From: Gammaproteobacteria bacterium
Lineage (GTDB): Bacteria; Pseudomonadota; Gammaproteobacteria; SZUA-140
DNA length: 64,000 bases
Assembly: GCA_015488555.1 (NCBI GenBank)
Contig: WFNO01000123.1
Span: 6,627-70,626, forward strand
Reading direction: 5' to 3'
Shown: piece after piece, positions 62,721 to 64,000 of the stretch
Layout of the letters: every line of letters begins with the position of its first letter
How positions within the stretch are numbered: position 1 is the first letter of the stretch
Translations under genes and position numbers: made by a program
Notes under the pieces: model-generated
Seen by the model: the letters and a program-made list of their open reading frames with translations, nothing else
Told to the model about the DNA's origin: nothing
Databases searched by the model: none

Positions 62721-62927
62721 CTTGAACAATTTCCGGGTGGCTCTCCGAGTGCCTGCGGAAAGTCCGCTTAGAGGGACTTCGCCTCTAGGGAAAGGGGTGT
62801 TCCGCAAGGAGGGGAAGGGCTCGGCATGCAGCGAGCAGGAAAGAGGACGAGGGTTCGGATGCGGCGGCTACCAGGGACGACACAAAACAGGGGGAGGGAG
62901 GTAGCCGTCGCTTCCTCCTTTTCTCTT
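62721..62927 (+). ncRNA. Candidate GGA-rich regulatory sRNA (Csr/Rsm-type CsrA decoy?)
   Basis: Promoter TCGACA (62687-62692), 16 nt spacer, TAAAAT (62709-62714). About 205 nt of purine-rich sequence with 11 GGA motifs, several at hairpin loops or junctions (e.g. TAGAGG-GACTTCG-CCTCTA). Ends in terminator GGAGGTAGC-CGTC-GCTTCCTCC + TTTTCTCTT (62896-62927). I see no credible ORF. Confidence 0.4.
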
Positions 62928-63164
62928 GCTACTGCCTGCATCCTGACGGGGAGTATCGAGTCCTGGGGGCATCGAGACGAGTCAATTGGATATTGAGCAT
63001 TTTCGTTGAGCAAAGGAAACGTGCGCCGGTTTTTTGACTGGGAAGATGGTAAACTATAGTAAACTATAGAAACGTTGAATTCGGCGGCTTTGCCGAATCG
63101 CTTTTCAATCGCCATCGAGTGTCCCAAATAGTTCCCCTAATATAGTTTCAAGTGGAGTACGCGC

Positions 63165-63548
63165 ATGACCGGAAGATCTCGCAGGCCTGAATACTTCGAT
63201 TTCGACGCCTGGAAAGAACTGGCGGAACAGGATCCCACGGCCTTTGAGCGCAAGCGCCGTGAGGTCATCGAGGCAACCATTGCTCAGGCTCCGCTGCAGA
63301 TGCGCCAGCGGCTCACCGGGTTGCAGTGGCGTATCGAAATGGAGCGCAGCAAGAGCCGCAATCCCACCCAGTCCTTTCTGCGGATCTATAAGATGATGTG
63401 GCAGTCCGTGTACGGAGAGAACGGCCTGCTCGATGCCCTCAACGGCAAGGTCGCCGAGTCACGTCTTGCGAGGGCGCCCCTCCTGCCTGAAGCCTCCGAG
63501 GCCAAAGTGGTGCCCTTGCGGCGTCCCAGTCCCACGACGGCCAGTTGA
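63165..63548 (+). CDS. DUF3135 domain protein
   Basis: 127 aa; FDFDAWKELAEQDPTAFERKRREVIEATIAQAP...RLTGLQWRIEMERSKSRNP...LRIYKMMWQSV. Confidence 0.75.
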   Translation: MTGRSRRPEYFDFDAWKELAEQDPTAFERKRREVIEATIAQAPLQMRQRLTGLQWRIEMERSKSRNPTQSFLRIYKMMWQSVYGENGLLDALNGKVAESRLARAPLLPEASEAKVVPLRRPSPTTAS

Positions 63549-63583
63549 ATCCTTCCGGTTGAGTCTTCCGGTCGAGGCTTCCC

Positions 63584-64000
63584 TCAGGAGGAAGCCGCCG
63601 CTTCCTTGCGGGCCGCCGTCTCCAGGGCCAGGAAGCGCAGGATGTCGTCCTTGCGCGCCATGGCGTCGTGGTAACCCAGGGCGATGAGATCGCGACAGAA
63701 GGCGCGTTCGAACAACAGGTAACTCAGCAAGGTGGCGCCGTGCCGGCTATAGGCGCCCACCCCTCGTAACAGGTAGCGCAGCGCCGGGGGGAGCAGGTGG
63801 GCATGGCGCTCGGCGATGCGGTCGATGCTCTGGCTGGGAGAGATGACCAGCACGTCGATGGGGCGCAAGGCGATGCCGCCCTGTTCCAGGCGCCGGTCCG
63901 GAATGAGGCTGATGGTCTTGTTGATGCGTTCCAGGCGTTCCAGATCCGTGTCCAGACTGTCCAGGAAGATGCTGCTCAACACATTGCTAGCGATCTCTGC
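63584..64000 (-). CDS. Patatin-like phospholipase family protein, C-terminal part (5' end outside the window)
   Basis: The frame stays open to the window edge (AEIASNVLSSIFLDSLDTDLERLERINKTISLIP...ISPSQSID...). This matches the C-terminal region of RssA/patatin-type proteins as I recall them. Confidence 0.6.
   Translation of the reverse strand, partial: AEIASNVLSSIFLDSLDTDLERLERINKTISLIPDRRLEQGGIALRPIDVLVISPSQSIDRIAERHAHLLPPALRYLLRGVGAYSRHGATLLSYLLFERAFCRDLIALGYHDAMARKDDILRFLALETAARKEAAASS

Noticed and set aside
62750-62770. GGAAAGTCCG, reminiscent of the RNase P RNA conserved region (GAGGAAAGTCCGGGC)
   Set aside because: None of the other conserved RNase P regions is present, nor the expected ~350-400 nt GC-rich structure. 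The surrounding sequence is AT/purine-rich.
62490-63127. Two minus-strand ORFs (105 and 119 aa) in the low-GC gap
   Set aside because: They have no ribosome-binding sites and odd composition. They overlap a region better explained by the plus-strand promoter/terminator unit.

Overview
High-GC (roughly 63-66% by eye) chromosomal segment. Gene order looks gammaproteobacterial: zapA-ssrS-ygfA, ygfB-pepP-ubiH-ubiI, rhodanese-secB-gpsA opposite gpmI-envC-ctpA-yibQ, ubiE-ubiJ-ubiB, hslVU, dapF-DUF484-xerC. About 80% of the window is ordinary housekeeping: partial pilU, groESL, argS, priA, hemJ, rpiA, ilvA, ubiquinone genes, hslVU, dapF, xerC. I saw no rRNA, tRNA, CRISPR array, transposase or prophage genes, but no tool was run. 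Because of the GC content, nearly every real gene carries long antisense or out-of-frame shadow ORFs, and I rejected these. ORF-track coordinates include the stop codon. Many tracked ORFs start too far upstream, so I trimmed starts using ATG/GTG position, Shine-Dalgarno (SD) sequences and overlap with neighbouring stops. The most interesting part is an accessory patch at about 38.8-52.2 kb. It holds a lower-GC block (regBA, a small outer-membrane (OM) barrel, DJ-1). That is followed by a tightly coupled, apparently uncharacterised envelope module: large OM beta-barrel, secreted all-beta protein, ECF sigma, zinc anti-sigma, and an S8 subtilase whose start lies inside the anti-sigma gene. Next come a Cys-rich secreted protein and an FG-GAP propeller lipoprotein. 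Two identical ECF-type promoter motifs (TTTGAACCGT-N13-GCGAC) precede the two transcription units. The roughly 10 kb segment is bracketed by two direct copies of a ~140 bp MITE-like palindromic element. Other copies or remnants of that element begin exactly at the TAG stop codons of flanking genes. RNA and regulatory signals not explained by ORFs: 6S RNA between zapA and ygfA; a GGA-rich ~200 nt candidate Csr/Rsm-type decoy sRNA with promoter and terminator at 62.7-62.9 kb; a ~95 nt promoter-to-terminator unit upstream of yqaA; a CIRCE operator at groESL; and a DARS-like triad of DnaA boxes upstream of priA. All functional calls come from reading the translations and from remembered family signatures. 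No database search was possible.
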